This document shows positions 44,465-52,890 of a stretch of 64,000 nt of DNA, piece by piece. The DNA comes from Bacteroidota bacterium (GTDB lineage: Bacteria; Bacteroidota; Bacteroidia; Bacteroidales; FEN-979): contig JAPLDK010000007.1 of the NCBI GenBank assembly GCA_026391775.1, forward strand, positions 1,065 to 65,064, in the 5' to 3' direction. A model generated the notes under the pieces. The model searched no databases. It was given only the letters and a program-made list of their open reading frames with translations, and was not told the DNA's origin. Each line of letters starts with the position of its first letter. Within the stretch, counting starts at the first letter, position 1. The position numbers and the translations under genes are program-made.

Positions 44465-45688
44465 TTAATTTCCGGGATATTTTCTAAATACCAGGGTGGC
44501 ATTATGGCCTCCAAAGCCGAAGGAATTTGAAAGTGCAACATGTATTTCCTTCTGCCTACTCACGTTGGGGACATAATCCAGGTCAAGGTCGGGATCGGGA
44601 TCAGAATAATTAATTGTTGGAGTAAGGATGTTGTTTTTCAGGCTCAGAATTGTGATGATCCCTTCAATAGCTCCTGCAGCCCCAATTGTGTGGCCAATCA
44701 TTGATTTGGATGAAGACACAGGGATATGATAAGCCTGCTCGCCAAAAACTTTTTTAATTGCCATGGTCTCATACCGGTCGTTGAGTTCGGTCGAGGTTCC
44801 ATGAGCATTGAGGTAACCTACTTCGCTTTTATCAACACCTGCGTTCTGTAATGCTTTTTCAATTGTAGCTGCCATTCCTGCACCGTCTTTCATAGGGGCC
44901 ATAATGTTATATCCCTCGCTGGTCAGGGCATAGCCTGCCAGCTCGCTATGAATGATTGCATTTCTCATGAGAGCATGTTCTTCCGATTCAAGGATTACCA
45001 CTCCGGCCCCTTCACCTATGACAAACCCATCCCGTTTTGATGTAAAAGGCCTGCTTGCAGCTTCGGGTGGGTCATTGGCAACTGACAATGCATATAAGGC
45101 GTTAAAACCGTTTATTTCCTCAGGGTTGATGATGGAATCGGCTCCTCCGGCGATGACAACATCAACCATATTGTTTTTAATCATCTGCATGCCAATTGCA
45201 ATGGCATAGGCTGAAGATGCACAGGCTGTATTGATTGCAAAATTTGGGCCGAGAAGTTGGTATTCAAGTGATATCCATGCAGGCATGGAGTTGGTCATGC
45301 TTTTGAATACCGTGTTCTGGGGGGAAGTGTCTTTTTCTACGCTGGAATTCCCTGTATTTACCACTCCCATAATGACAGCACAACGTGTCTTATCCTCTTT
45401 CTCAAAATCCAGTCCGGAAAGGGTAACAGCCTGTTTTGCTGCGACCAGACACATCCTGGTAACCCTGGTCATTTGCCCGGCTGCACGCTTTTTGACGAGG
45501 CACCTTGAATATTCTTCAAATTCATGAGGTACTTCAGCGGCAATCTGAGTTGCACAGGAAGAGGCGTTAAAAAGGGATATCTTTTTTACACCGCTTTTGC
45601 CTTCAACAAGGTTTTTCCAGAACGTTTCTAAATCATAACCAAGGGATGATACAATGCCCATCCCACTAATAACTACTTTTCCAGCCAT
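44465..45688 (-). CDS. Beta-ketoacyl-ACP synthase (FabF/KAS II-like)
   Basis: 407 aa. Cys-His-His triad contexts INTACASSAYAIAIG, LNAHGTSTELND and SMIGHTIGAAGAIE. Confidence 0.9.
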   Translation of the reverse strand: MAGKVVISGMGIVSSLGYDLETFWKNLVEGKSGVKKISLFNASSCATQIAAEVPHEFEEYSRCLVKKRAAGQMTRVTRMCLVAAKQAVTLSGLDFEKEDKTRCAVIMGVVNTGNSSVEKDTSPQNTVFKSMTNSMPAWISLEYQLLGPNFAINTACASSAYAIAIGMQMIKNNMVDVVIAGGADSIINPEEINGFNALYALSVANDPPEAASRPFTSKRDGFVIGEGAGVVILESEEHALMRNAIIHSELAGYALTSEGYNIMAPMKDGAGMAATIEKALQNAGVDKSEVGYLNAHGTSTELNDRYETMAIKKVFGEQAYHIPVSSSKSMIGHTIGAAGAIEGIITILSLKNNILTPTINYSDPDPDLDLDYVPNVSRQKEIHVALSNSFGFGGHNATLVFRKYPGN

Positions 45689-45697
45689 CCTCAGAGA

Positions 45698-46120
45698 TTA
45701 ATTATTCAGTGCCTTGGCCCAGTTTTTAATCAGGTCAACCTCAGCCTGGGTGGGAATATTGCCAGGGTTATTCTTACGCCATTTTCCCGGTGGCATTGAC
45801 CCTTTTGAAACCTTTTTGCTGATGTCATTTGCTTTGTCGGCCTGTCTTTTAGTGTCGTAAGTATTCCAACTGGAAAAGTTGACACGCATTTTAGCCATGC
45901 TGTTTCCGTCTGCACCATGACAATCCATGCAGGCTTTTTGTATGATTTTCGCCACTGAATCCGGAAGTTCGGGGTTCCCTTCGGCATATTTTACTGAACC
46001 GGATGCGTTTACAGGCCTGAAAGCCAGGACCAGAAAGAACACCACTGCAAATGATATCCATAGAAATGCACTTGTTTTTCTCATAAATTTCATGTTAATG
46101 CTTAAAACAAAAATACGCAC
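45698..46120 (-). CDS. Small secreted haem-binding-domain protein (single CXXCH)
   Basis: 140 aa. Has a signal/anchor (FLWISFAVVFFLVLAF). CMDCHG is followed by VNFSSWNTY, as in the 'haem-binding domain' family of small c-type proteins. The start may be the ATG at 46093. Confidence 0.6.
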   Translation of the reverse strand: MRIFVLSINMKFMRKTSAFLWISFAVVFFLVLAFRPVNASGSVKYAEGNPELPDSVAKIIQKACMDCHGADGNSMAKMRVNFSSWNTYDTKRQADKANDISKKVSKGSMPPGKWRKNNPGNIPTQAEVDLIKNWAKALNN

Positions 46121-46122
46121 AA

Positions 46123-48699
46123 TTATTCAAAGGGGCCTAATTCTGTTCCAAAATATTCTTTCAATGCCTCATTAAGTTCATCAATGGTTAGGCCCGAATG
46201 AGTGATAAACCTCCGGGCTGCATTTTTATATGTGAACTCCAAATGATTTCTTAATTCTTCGATTTTCTCAGGTACAGCTGCCGCTGGATTTCTTTCGGTT
46301 GCATTTCCGGAATAATCATAAAAGCCACGGCCCGACTTCCTGCCAAGATGACCTTCGGAAATCAGTTTTTTAAGTTTGCTGATGAGAGGAGTATAGTATT
46401 CGGCATGGGGGTATTTGACCGTATAATTTGTTATGCTCCTTAGCATGGTATCAAGGCCTACATGGTCAAAGAACTCAAAGACACCGGCAGGGAAGAGCGT
46501 TCCCTTCACGGCCTGGTCAATTTCGCTGCATGTTGCCTGGCCCTGATCGACAATACGGTAGGCCTCATTCTGCACATCGAGGAAAATACGGTTGAGAATA
46601 AAGCCCTCCTCTTCGGTCAACAGAATAAATCTGCGTTTGATTGTATCGAGAAAAACAATCAGCTTTTCAACGGTATTACCGGAAGTGCCCGGCCCCCTGA
46701 TAATCTCCACAATGTTTACCAGGTTTACAGGATAAAAGAAATGAAGTCCTGCAAATTTTTTTTCCCTTGCTTTAGATGGGCAAAGGACCGAAGGATTGAT
46801 CGAAGATGAGTTGGTAACAAGGATTGCATCCGGATGTAATATTGTATCTGCTTGAGCGAGAACCTTCTTCTTGAGCTCCTCGTCCTCGGTGATGGCTTCT
46901 ATAACAAGCGTACAGCCGGACAAAGCTGATATCTCAGGAGAAATTACAGTTAGTTTAAGCTTATCGTATTTCGCTTCTGATATTATACCGTTCTCAAGGA
47001 GTCTTCTGGTCTTTTTTTCAATGTTCTTGCGGATCTTCGCCAAATCGGCCTGGGAACTGACGACCCACCGGATATCAAGGCCTGATTCAATAAAATAATG
47101 AGCAAGGTTTGTTCCCATCTTACCTTCCCCGATAATACCAACTGTTGCTGCTTTCATAAGTTGTTGATTCCACTTCCCCATATCTTGCGCTATCACCAGT
47201 TTGCGGTATTCATCCATCCTGAGGTGATGCTGGCGTATATGCCTGTTGTAACCCAGCATGGACAGGATAAAGCCCAGGCCTTTGTCAATGGCGATCTGTT
47301 TCGCACGGATAAGATTGAACATGAAGATGAACAGGGCTTTGCGGTCCTTATCGGATGTGAGAATAAACTCTTTGAAAGTTATCCAGGAAAGACGGGCCTT
47401 AATCCAAACGGGGATATTGCCTCCGGGCCTCGTAAAAGCCCCGTTGCTGAAAAGAGCTTCAGCTTTCTTTCTGATAACAGGGAAAGAATACAAGCGGGTG
47501 ATTGTTTCCATGTATTTGTCGAAGATCTCGATCTGAGACATGTTCATGTATTGAATAGTAGGGAAGTGGCCTACTCCCATTTCCGGATCGCAGTTCATGA
47601 GCCTTCCTTCCGCCTTCAGTTTCTTATTGGTTTCGGTGCCAGGAGGAGCATTTAACAGGTGAAGGTTTACATTCGGAAGATTATGTTCCAGGGTAAAGTT
47701 GAAAATCCGCTCAAACTCATCCGCAGTATCATGATCAAATCCGACTACAAAACTTGCATTAATCTGTATACCCGCTGCATGTATTTTACTTATGGCTTCC
47801 TTGTAAATAGACCCACCCCGGTTGTGATGTTTCCGTGTTTCGTCAAGACTGTCACGATTCAAAGATTCAAACCCAACCAGGATGTTAAAACAGCCGGCAT
47901 CCGCCATAAGTTGTAAAAGTTCGTCATCGGTAGCCACATCCAGGCTGCACATGCAGCCCCATGAAATGTCCAGGGGTTTGATAGCCTTCATCAGTTCCTT
48001 GGCATAGCGTTTATTAATAGTCAGGTTGTCATCAACAAAAAAGAAATATTTTGAAGGAGCGGCTTTGATTTCATCCACCACATTAGCAATCTCGCGGTAC
48101 CTCATTTTACGGCCGAAATTCTTGGAGACAAGGCAGAAATCACAGTTAAACGGGCAGCCTCTTGAAACTTGTATTGCCACCTGGAAAATCCTCTTCATGT
48201 TAACCAGGTCCCAGCGGGGTGGTTTTTGATGGTGGTATTCGGTGTATGTTGTGGATTCGTATACCTGTTTAAGTTCTCCTTTCTCAAAATCGGCAAGGCA
48301 TTGTTCCCATTTACCTTCAGCTTCACCAACAACAACTGCGTCTCCGTGTTTCAGGGCCTCATCGATAACAAAGGAGGCATATGGCCCTCCGTAGACCACT
48401 TTAGCCCCCATGGAGCGGTAATGGTCTCCAAGTTCGAAAGCCCGCTTCGCTGTGGCTGCCAGGGTCGTGATGCCAACAATATCGGGCCGGATACCTGAAG
48501 GAATATCCTCTATCTCTTCATCATAAATCGAGATCCTGTAATGAGTGGGGGTAAGCGAAGCAATTGTCGGGAGTGCGAGGGGCACCATGAAACGTTTCTT
48601 CCCGAACATTCTTGCCATTTCAGAATGAGCAGGATAGTTGATATACTTCTGTCTAGGGCCTAATAGAAAAAGATTATATTTTGGTTTCTCTTCAGACAT
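46123..48699 (-). CDS. Fusion: cobalamin-binding-domain radical SAM + 3-hydroxyacyl-CoA dehydrogenase (Hbd/HADH-type)
   Basis: 858 aa. The N-terminal half has IVGITTLAATA...VVYGGPYAS (B12-like) and QVSRGCPFNCDFCLVS (CX3CX2C). From about nt 47160 downward there is VGIIGEGKMGTNLAHYF (NAD Rossmann) and GLHFFYPVNLVNIVEIIRG (the HFFNP-type HADH signature), plus the C-terminal HADH helical domain. Confidence 0.8.
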   Translation of the reverse strand: MSEEKPKYNLFLLGPRQKYINYPAHSEMARMFGKKRFMVPLALPTIASLTPTHYRISIYDEEIEDIPSGIRPDIVGITTLAATAKRAFELGDHYRSMGAKVVYGGPYASFVIDEALKHGDAVVVGEAEGKWEQCLADFEKGELKQVYESTTYTEYHHQKPPRWDLVNMKRIFQVAIQVSRGCPFNCDFCLVSKNFGRKMRYREIANVVDEIKAAPSKYFFFVDDNLTINKRYAKELMKAIKPLDISWGCMCSLDVATDDELLQLMADAGCFNILVGFESLNRDSLDETRKHHNRGGSIYKEAISKIHAAGIQINASFVVGFDHDTADEFERIFNFTLEHNLPNVNLHLLNAPPGTETNKKLKAEGRLMNCDPEMGVGHFPTIQYMNMSQIEIFDKYMETITRLYSFPVIRKKAEALFSNGAFTRPGGNIPVWIKARLSWITFKEFILTSDKDRKALFIFMFNLIRAKQIAIDKGLGFILSMLGYNRHIRQHHLRMDEYRKLVIAQDMGKWNQQLMKAATVGIIGEGKMGTNLAHYFIESGLDIRWVVSSQADLAKIRKNIEKKTRRLLENGIISEAKYDKLKLTVISPEISALSGCTLVIEAITEDEELKKKVLAQADTILHPDAILVTNSSSINPSVLCPSKAREKKFAGLHFFYPVNLVNIVEIIRGPGTSGNTVEKLIVFLDTIKRRFILLTEEEGFILNRIFLDVQNEAYRIVDQGQATCSEIDQAVKGTLFPAGVFEFFDHVGLDTMLRSITNYTVKYPHAEYYTPLISKLKKLISEGHLGRKSGRGFYDYSGNATERNPAAAVPEKIEELRNHLEFTYKNAARRFITHSGLTIDELNEALKEYFGTELGPFE

Positions 48700-48716
48700 T
48701 TTGTTTGATCGTCGAT

Positions 48717-49859
48717 TCAGAATTGACGCCAGCTCATGACATATCCGGCTTGCATGAACTTGCTGACTTCCGTGACAAAGCTGAGTACGATGTCCTTATC
48801 GACCAGTTTTTCTTCTTTTAAAATCCTATCGAGGCATAAAAATGCCATTGGTGGGCCCAAGTATCCCATAGCCGACATTTTTGAATACAAGGTATAGCGC
48901 GGTATGCCCAACCCGGCACACTCATCCATGACAAGCTCCGAGATATGTTTTGAGGGAAAGTTAACCTGGAAAAACCTGATAGCTTCCATATCGACAGGGT
49001 GTTGCTTTAACATGCGTTTTAAGCCGTTCAGGAATACCGACCCGTCCGGCTCATGAAAATTCTGTCGCAATTCCTCCTGGAACATCTGGGCAAGGTGGTG
49101 ATAGCCTTTCTCATATTCTTCCTTTGGATTCATCCAGTAAGCAGGCCGTTTGTTACCCATGGCCGAAGGTTTGTTTCCACCCACCGATTCCATATAGACA
49201 TGTTCAACATACAGTCCGTTTGCCTTTTCGGGTGCTGCTTTCAGGAAGAGAGCAGAAGCCCCGTCCGAGAGAAAATATCTCAGGAACAACTCTTCTTTGG
49301 TTACCAGGGGCTGGTTGTAATATTCTGCAACAAGTTCCGAAGATGACATGCTGGACGAGATTACCAGGGCATTGTCATAACGGCCATGCCGGATCATGTC
49401 AGAAGCAACAAGCAGTGACTTATAGGCAGATGTACAGTTGGCATGAATGGAGAGCTCTCCGCAATGTTCAATCCCGAGACCTTCCTGTATTCTCACCGAA
49501 GCTGTCGGCATCTGGTCCTGGTGTGCGCTGCCATAAACAATAAGCTGAACATCTTTAGGTGTCATTCCTGCAACCTGAAGTGCCTGCTCTGCAGCTTTGA
49601 CCGACATACTCACATTATCTTCTGTAAACTTTCTGCTGACCGGGTCCAGCGCAAAATGGTAATATTCGACTTCAAGCAGTTCAGCCATCAGTCCCCTTAT
49701 TCTTTGAAGCCATTTTCGTATCTTGAGGGGAGCTTCGGTGAGTTCGCCAAGATAATAATCGACTTCCGTCTTGGGAACCGGCTTTCCAGGTAGGAATGAA
49801 CCGCTTCCGGTAACCATTACAGCCCTATGAAATATATAATTTGTATTATGTTCTTTCAC
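48717..49859 (-). CDS. Thiolase-fold KAS III-like enzyme with atypical catalytic residues
   Basis: 380 aa. Cys context SIHANCTSAYKSLLVASDMIRHG. By eye, the positions that align with FabH HQAN and GNTSAAS read FFQVN and SAMGYLGPP. This suggests the His/Asn of the decarboxylative triad are not conserved. Confidence 0.6.
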   Translation of the reverse strand: MKEHNTNYIFHRAVMVTGSGSFLPGKPVPKTEVDYYLGELTEAPLKIRKWLQRIRGLMAELLEVEYYHFALDPVSRKFTEDNVSMSVKAAEQALQVAGMTPKDVQLIVYGSAHQDQMPTASVRIQEGLGIEHCGELSIHANCTSAYKSLLVASDMIRHGRYDNALVISSSMSSSELVAEYYNQPLVTKEELFLRYFLSDGASALFLKAAPEKANGLYVEHVYMESVGGNKPSAMGNKRPAYWMNPKEEYEKGYHHLAQMFQEELRQNFHEPDGSVFLNGLKRMLKQHPVDMEAIRFFQVNFPSKHISELVMDECAGLGIPRYTLYSKMSAMGYLGPPMAFLCLDRILKEEKLVDKDIVLSFVTEVSKFMQAGYVMSWRQF

Positions 49860-50545
49860 GAAAGATATTTCTTGATATATAATGCCCTCTTTTCGACCCT
49901 GAAATCCTGCATCACCTCCTTTGCAAAATCGCTTGAAGTGGAAAGCAACGCTTTTTTGGGAACTACCTTATCAACGATCCTGTATTTCATGGCGTCTATT
50001 GATGTGAATGTGCTTCCCTTCAGCACACGTTCAAGGGCAAGAGCCTGTCCTGATATACAACACAGTTTGTAGATCCCGCCCAAGCCGGGGACAAGGTTGA
50101 AAGAGGCTTCCGGGAGGCCAAAAACTGCATCTTGTCCACAAAGCCTGAAGTGGCTGAACAGGGCGAGCTCCAGAGCCGAACCGAGGCAAACCCCACGTAT
50201 GGCAGAGATCACAGGGATTCTAAAGCTTTCAAGCATCAGCAGGGATTTATAATTATTGGAAAGAAAATCGGGCACTTTCGTCAACCTGCCTTTTTTATCA
50301 GTCTCGGCTTTATCAAGAATTTCCCTCAAAAGAACCGGCACATCGGCACCTGAAGAAAAATGTCTTCCGTGTCCACTTATAATCAGAGCACGAAACGCAT
50401 GGTGATTCTTTACAAATTCCAACACCGATGTGAATTCCGTGAAGAATTCCATGGTCATGGCATTCGAAGGCGGGGTATTCAGTTCCAACTGTCCTATCCC
50501 TTCTTCAAGGACTAAGCGAATTGTTGAATAATCAGGTATCTTCAT
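49856..50545 (-). CDS. Enoyl-CoA hydratase/isomerase (crotonase) family protein
   Basis: 229 aa. Oxyanion-hole pattern GHGRHFSSGADV and FGLPEASFNLVPGLGGI. Has ATGA-type overlaps on both sides. Confidence 0.75.
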   Translation of the reverse strand: MKIPDYSTIRLVLEEGIGQLELNTPPSNAMTMEFFTEFTSVLEFVKNHHAFRALIISGHGRHFSSGADVPVLLREILDKAETDKKGRLTKVPDFLSNNYKSLLMLESFRIPVISAIRGVCLGSALELALFSHFRLCGQDAVFGLPEASFNLVPGLGGIYKLCCISGQALALERVLKGSTFTSIDAMKYRIVDKVVPKKALLSTSSDFAKEVMQDFRVEKRALYIKKYLS

Positions 50546-51303
50546 TTCTGTATCTCCCGGGAACCATTCCTCCTTTTGGCCTCAGCAAGTGCCAGCTCGC
50601 AGAACATCCTGGTTTCCTCTTTCATAGCCTCTTCGATACTAAGGGATCTGGCGTTTTTCAAAGCCTTCATTACCGCATTGATAACAGGTAAAGGCCTGTC
50701 CCTGGTCAGTTTCTGCAAGAGGTTGAAGGAAAAATCAAATACCTTCTGTTTACTTACAATAAAATCCACGAGGTGCATCTCCTGTGCGTCCTCTGCATTG
50801 ATCATATCACCGCTCATGATGAGTTTCATCGCTTTTGGGAAACCGGTTTTTCCAAAACACCTGACGGTTCCTCCCAAACCGGGTATGACACCATGGTTGA
50901 TCTCGGGGAAAGCAAATAAGGCATTTTCGGAGCAGACCCTGATGTGACTGGAAAGAGCAACCTCCAGCCCCCCTCCGAAACAAATGCCCTGGATTGCTGC
51001 AACTACGGGTATTTCTAAATTTTCAAGATGTTCAAGCACAGCTTTCCCTTTCTCCATGCTCTCAGTAATGTTCTCCTTGTCTCGGATCATTTTGAACAGG
51101 TTCTCAAGCTTGCCGCCACCCGAGAAATGTTTTCCCGCACCACATATTATGATTCCTTTCAGGTAATCATAGGAGGTCCATTTTTTAAGGGTTTCAAGTG
51201 GTACAAATCCCGGCTGAACTAGATAGTTTTCAGGGGGATTGTCAAGTGTTATAATCCCAATATCACCTCTGATCTCCCAGCTTATTTTATCGATTGTTTC
51301 CAT
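50542..51303 (-). CDS. Enoyl-CoA hydratase/isomerase (crotonase) family protein
   Basis: 253 aa. GAGKHFSGGGKL and FAFPEINHGVIPGLGGT. Confidence 0.75.
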   Translation of the reverse strand: METIDKISWEIRGDIGIITLDNPPENYLVQPGFVPLETLKKWTSYDYLKGIIICGAGKHFSGGGKLENLFKMIRDKENITESMEKGKAVLEHLENLEIPVVAAIQGICFGGGLEVALSSHIRVCSENALFAFPEINHGVIPGLGGTVRCFGKTGFPKAMKLIMSGDMINAEDAQEMHLVDFIVSKQKVFDFSFNLLQKLTRDRPLPVINAVMKALKNARSLSIEEAMKEETRMFCELALAEAKRRNGSREIQK

Positions 51304-51317
51304 TCAGTTTTAAATAA

Positions 51318-51707
51318 TTATAAAGTGAATACAGGCTCAATGCGGGAAGGGATATCATGGGAGATCCTCTGGACATCCACGAATACAGTCTTAACCCTTG
51401 CCCTGGCAACGGCCTGCCCTCCCGGCACAAGCCTCATCCTCTGTTCAAAAATAATAAACGGCTCATCTTTCTTTACTGCTGTAATGATTTCCACTTCATC
51501 GCCAAGCCTTACTTCATGCTGGTAACGTATATTAACCTCAACAACAACCAGGAACAGGCCCTGGATGGTAAGCTGATCAAGCAAGCCTTTGTTTTGGAAC
51601 AACTCCCAGCGGGCTTGTTCAAAATAATTGAAAAATACAGCATTGTTTACATGTCCATATGAATCCAGTTCATATCCTCTTGCGGTGATCCTGCTTTGAT
51701 ACATCAA
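51318..51707 (-). CDS. Hotdog-fold acyl thioesterase (4HBT/YbgC-like)
   Basis: 129 aa. YELDSYGHVNNAVFFNYFEQARWELF is the 4HBT signature region. Confidence 0.75.
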   Translation of the reverse strand: MMYQSRITARGYELDSYGHVNNAVFFNYFEQARWELFQNKGLLDQLTIQGLFLVVVEVNIRYQHEVRLGDEVEIITAVKKDEPFIIFEQRMRLVPGGQAVARARVKTVFVDVQRISHDIPSRIEPVFTL

Positions 51708-51709
51708 CT

Positions 51710-52108
51710 TCAGGCTTTAAACTCTTTAAAGATTCCCTTCATTTTCATAAATACTATGTCACCGGCTGTGATTTCAGCAGAAACATTAAATTCATCCCGA
51801 TCAGTATCATTGATTCTTAAATTCAGCTGGAGCAAGGGATTCAATGCAGGATTGATCACGCTGAAATATTTAATCTGGCCTGCCTGTGAGAGCATGAACT
51901 TGCGGCCGAGGATATCCTCTACAAGTTCCCTCACCATTTCGACCTGACAAACACCTGGTAAAATAGGGTTGCCCGGGAAGTGGCCTTTGAAAATATCGTG
52001 GCTGCTGTCAAGGTTGACCGATACGGTATACTTTTGCCCGACTGAAAGTTTCTGATCTTGCAACTGCAGCTCTATTGCATTGACCTTATATAATTTACCC
52101 TTTAACAT
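51710..52108 (-). CDS. FabZ/FabA-like hotdog dehydratase
   Basis: 132 aa. Catalytic His context FKGHFPGNPILPGVCQVEMV. Confidence 0.75.
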   Translation of the reverse strand: MLKGKLYKVNAIELQLQDQKLSVGQKYTVSVNLDSSHDIFKGHFPGNPILPGVCQVEMVRELVEDILGRKFMLSQAGQIKYFSVINPALNPLLQLNLRINDTDRDEFNVSAEITAGDIVFMKMKGIFKEFKA

Positions 52109-52212
52109 CTTTTGCCGTTCCGGTTTCTGATTGTGTAAAAATACGAAATTATGTTAAAAATGCCCGATTACCCGGGGAAGGGAGCCGCTGAAACAGGAGT
52201 TCTTAATCCTTC

Positions 52213-52890
52213 TCAATGCCCTAAAAAGTTAAAGGTCAGTATCATTTTGATTTTAGGATTCACTATCCTGATCTCGTTTGGGAACCCATGGTCATATTCT
52301 TTGAAACTGACGATAACGGCATCAACGTAGTTACTCCATCCAACCAGCCCCGTCAAAGTGTTCTGTTTCGTATCCATCCAGGCATATAATTTAAGTCCCA
52401 GGTAGAGGTAGACGACTTCTCCTGAGCCCTTCTGTAAATACTTTCGCAGGGGTTGTTTGCCCGGTGATTCACTGAAAAACAGTATTGCAAAATCTCTCTG
52501 TAAAATCTTCAGGAAGGATTTTTTGTTTATAGGATCGAAAATATAATCAGGTTTATATTTATTCCTGAAGATTTCCATATCAAAATAGGTCATTCCGATC
52601 TCATTAGCAAATGTGAAGTGGAAACTGCTGTCGGAGGTTCTTTTGATGATAGAAATACCGGTAAGGTGCTTGTCGGCTACATCCAGAGATGTACGGAATA
52701 ATGCCTTCTCAAAATCCTTTAAAAAAGGTGAGTTCCAGGCTGGCGCTTTGTATGAGTTTTCCGGGCTTGTACTTAAAGTTGATTTTTTAACCGGGTCACA
52801 GGCCGATAAAAACAGTATTAAAACTAGATTAAGGAATATTAAACTTTGCATCTGGAACATTCTGGTTAATCTTCTTACCGCTGAATTCAA
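52213..52890 (-). CDS. Lipoprotein of unknown function (positionally equivalent to the DUF3261-type lipoprotein of aryl polyene clusters)
   Basis: 225 aa. Signal peptide with lipobox LILFLSAC. No motif-level family recognition, so the equivalence rests on position only. Confidence 0.5.
   Translation of the reverse strand: MNSAVRRLTRMFQMQSLIFLNLVLILFLSACDPVKKSTLSTSPENSYKAPAWNSPFLKDFEKALFRTSLDVADKHLTGISIIKRTSDSSFHFTFANEIGMTYFDMEIFRNKYKPDYIFDPINKKSFLKILQRDFAILFFSESPGKQPLRKYLQKGSGEVVYLYLGLKLYAWMDTKQNTLTGLVGWSNYVDAVIVSFKEYDHGFPNEIRIVNPKIKMILTFNFLGH

Noticed and set aside
30704-48699. Calling the cluster a ladderane-type lipid cluster
   Set aside because: The co-occurrence of B12-rSAM, a CrtI-like enzyme, KS/ACP and methyltransferases recalls gene sets hypothesised for anammox ladderanes. 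Those assignments are themselves unproven. The LolA/MMPL/PlsC/GT2 export logic here is APE-like. I keep this as an analogy only.
48717-49859. Calling the KAS III-like protein an HMG-CoA synthase-type beta-branching enzyme
   Set aside because: The gene context (twin crotonases, KS, ACP) is suggestive. By eye I cannot identify the Glu-Cys-His HMGS signature. A proper alignment is needed, so it is reported only as a hypothesis.
52109-52212. Possible terminator/promoter in the 104-nt gap between the lipoprotein gene and the FabZ-like gene
   Set aside because: There is only a 4-bp GC stem (cccg/cggg) before a T-run, and only a near-miss promoter motif (TATTTTTA rather than TAnnTTTG). This may be an operon break but the evidence is insufficient.
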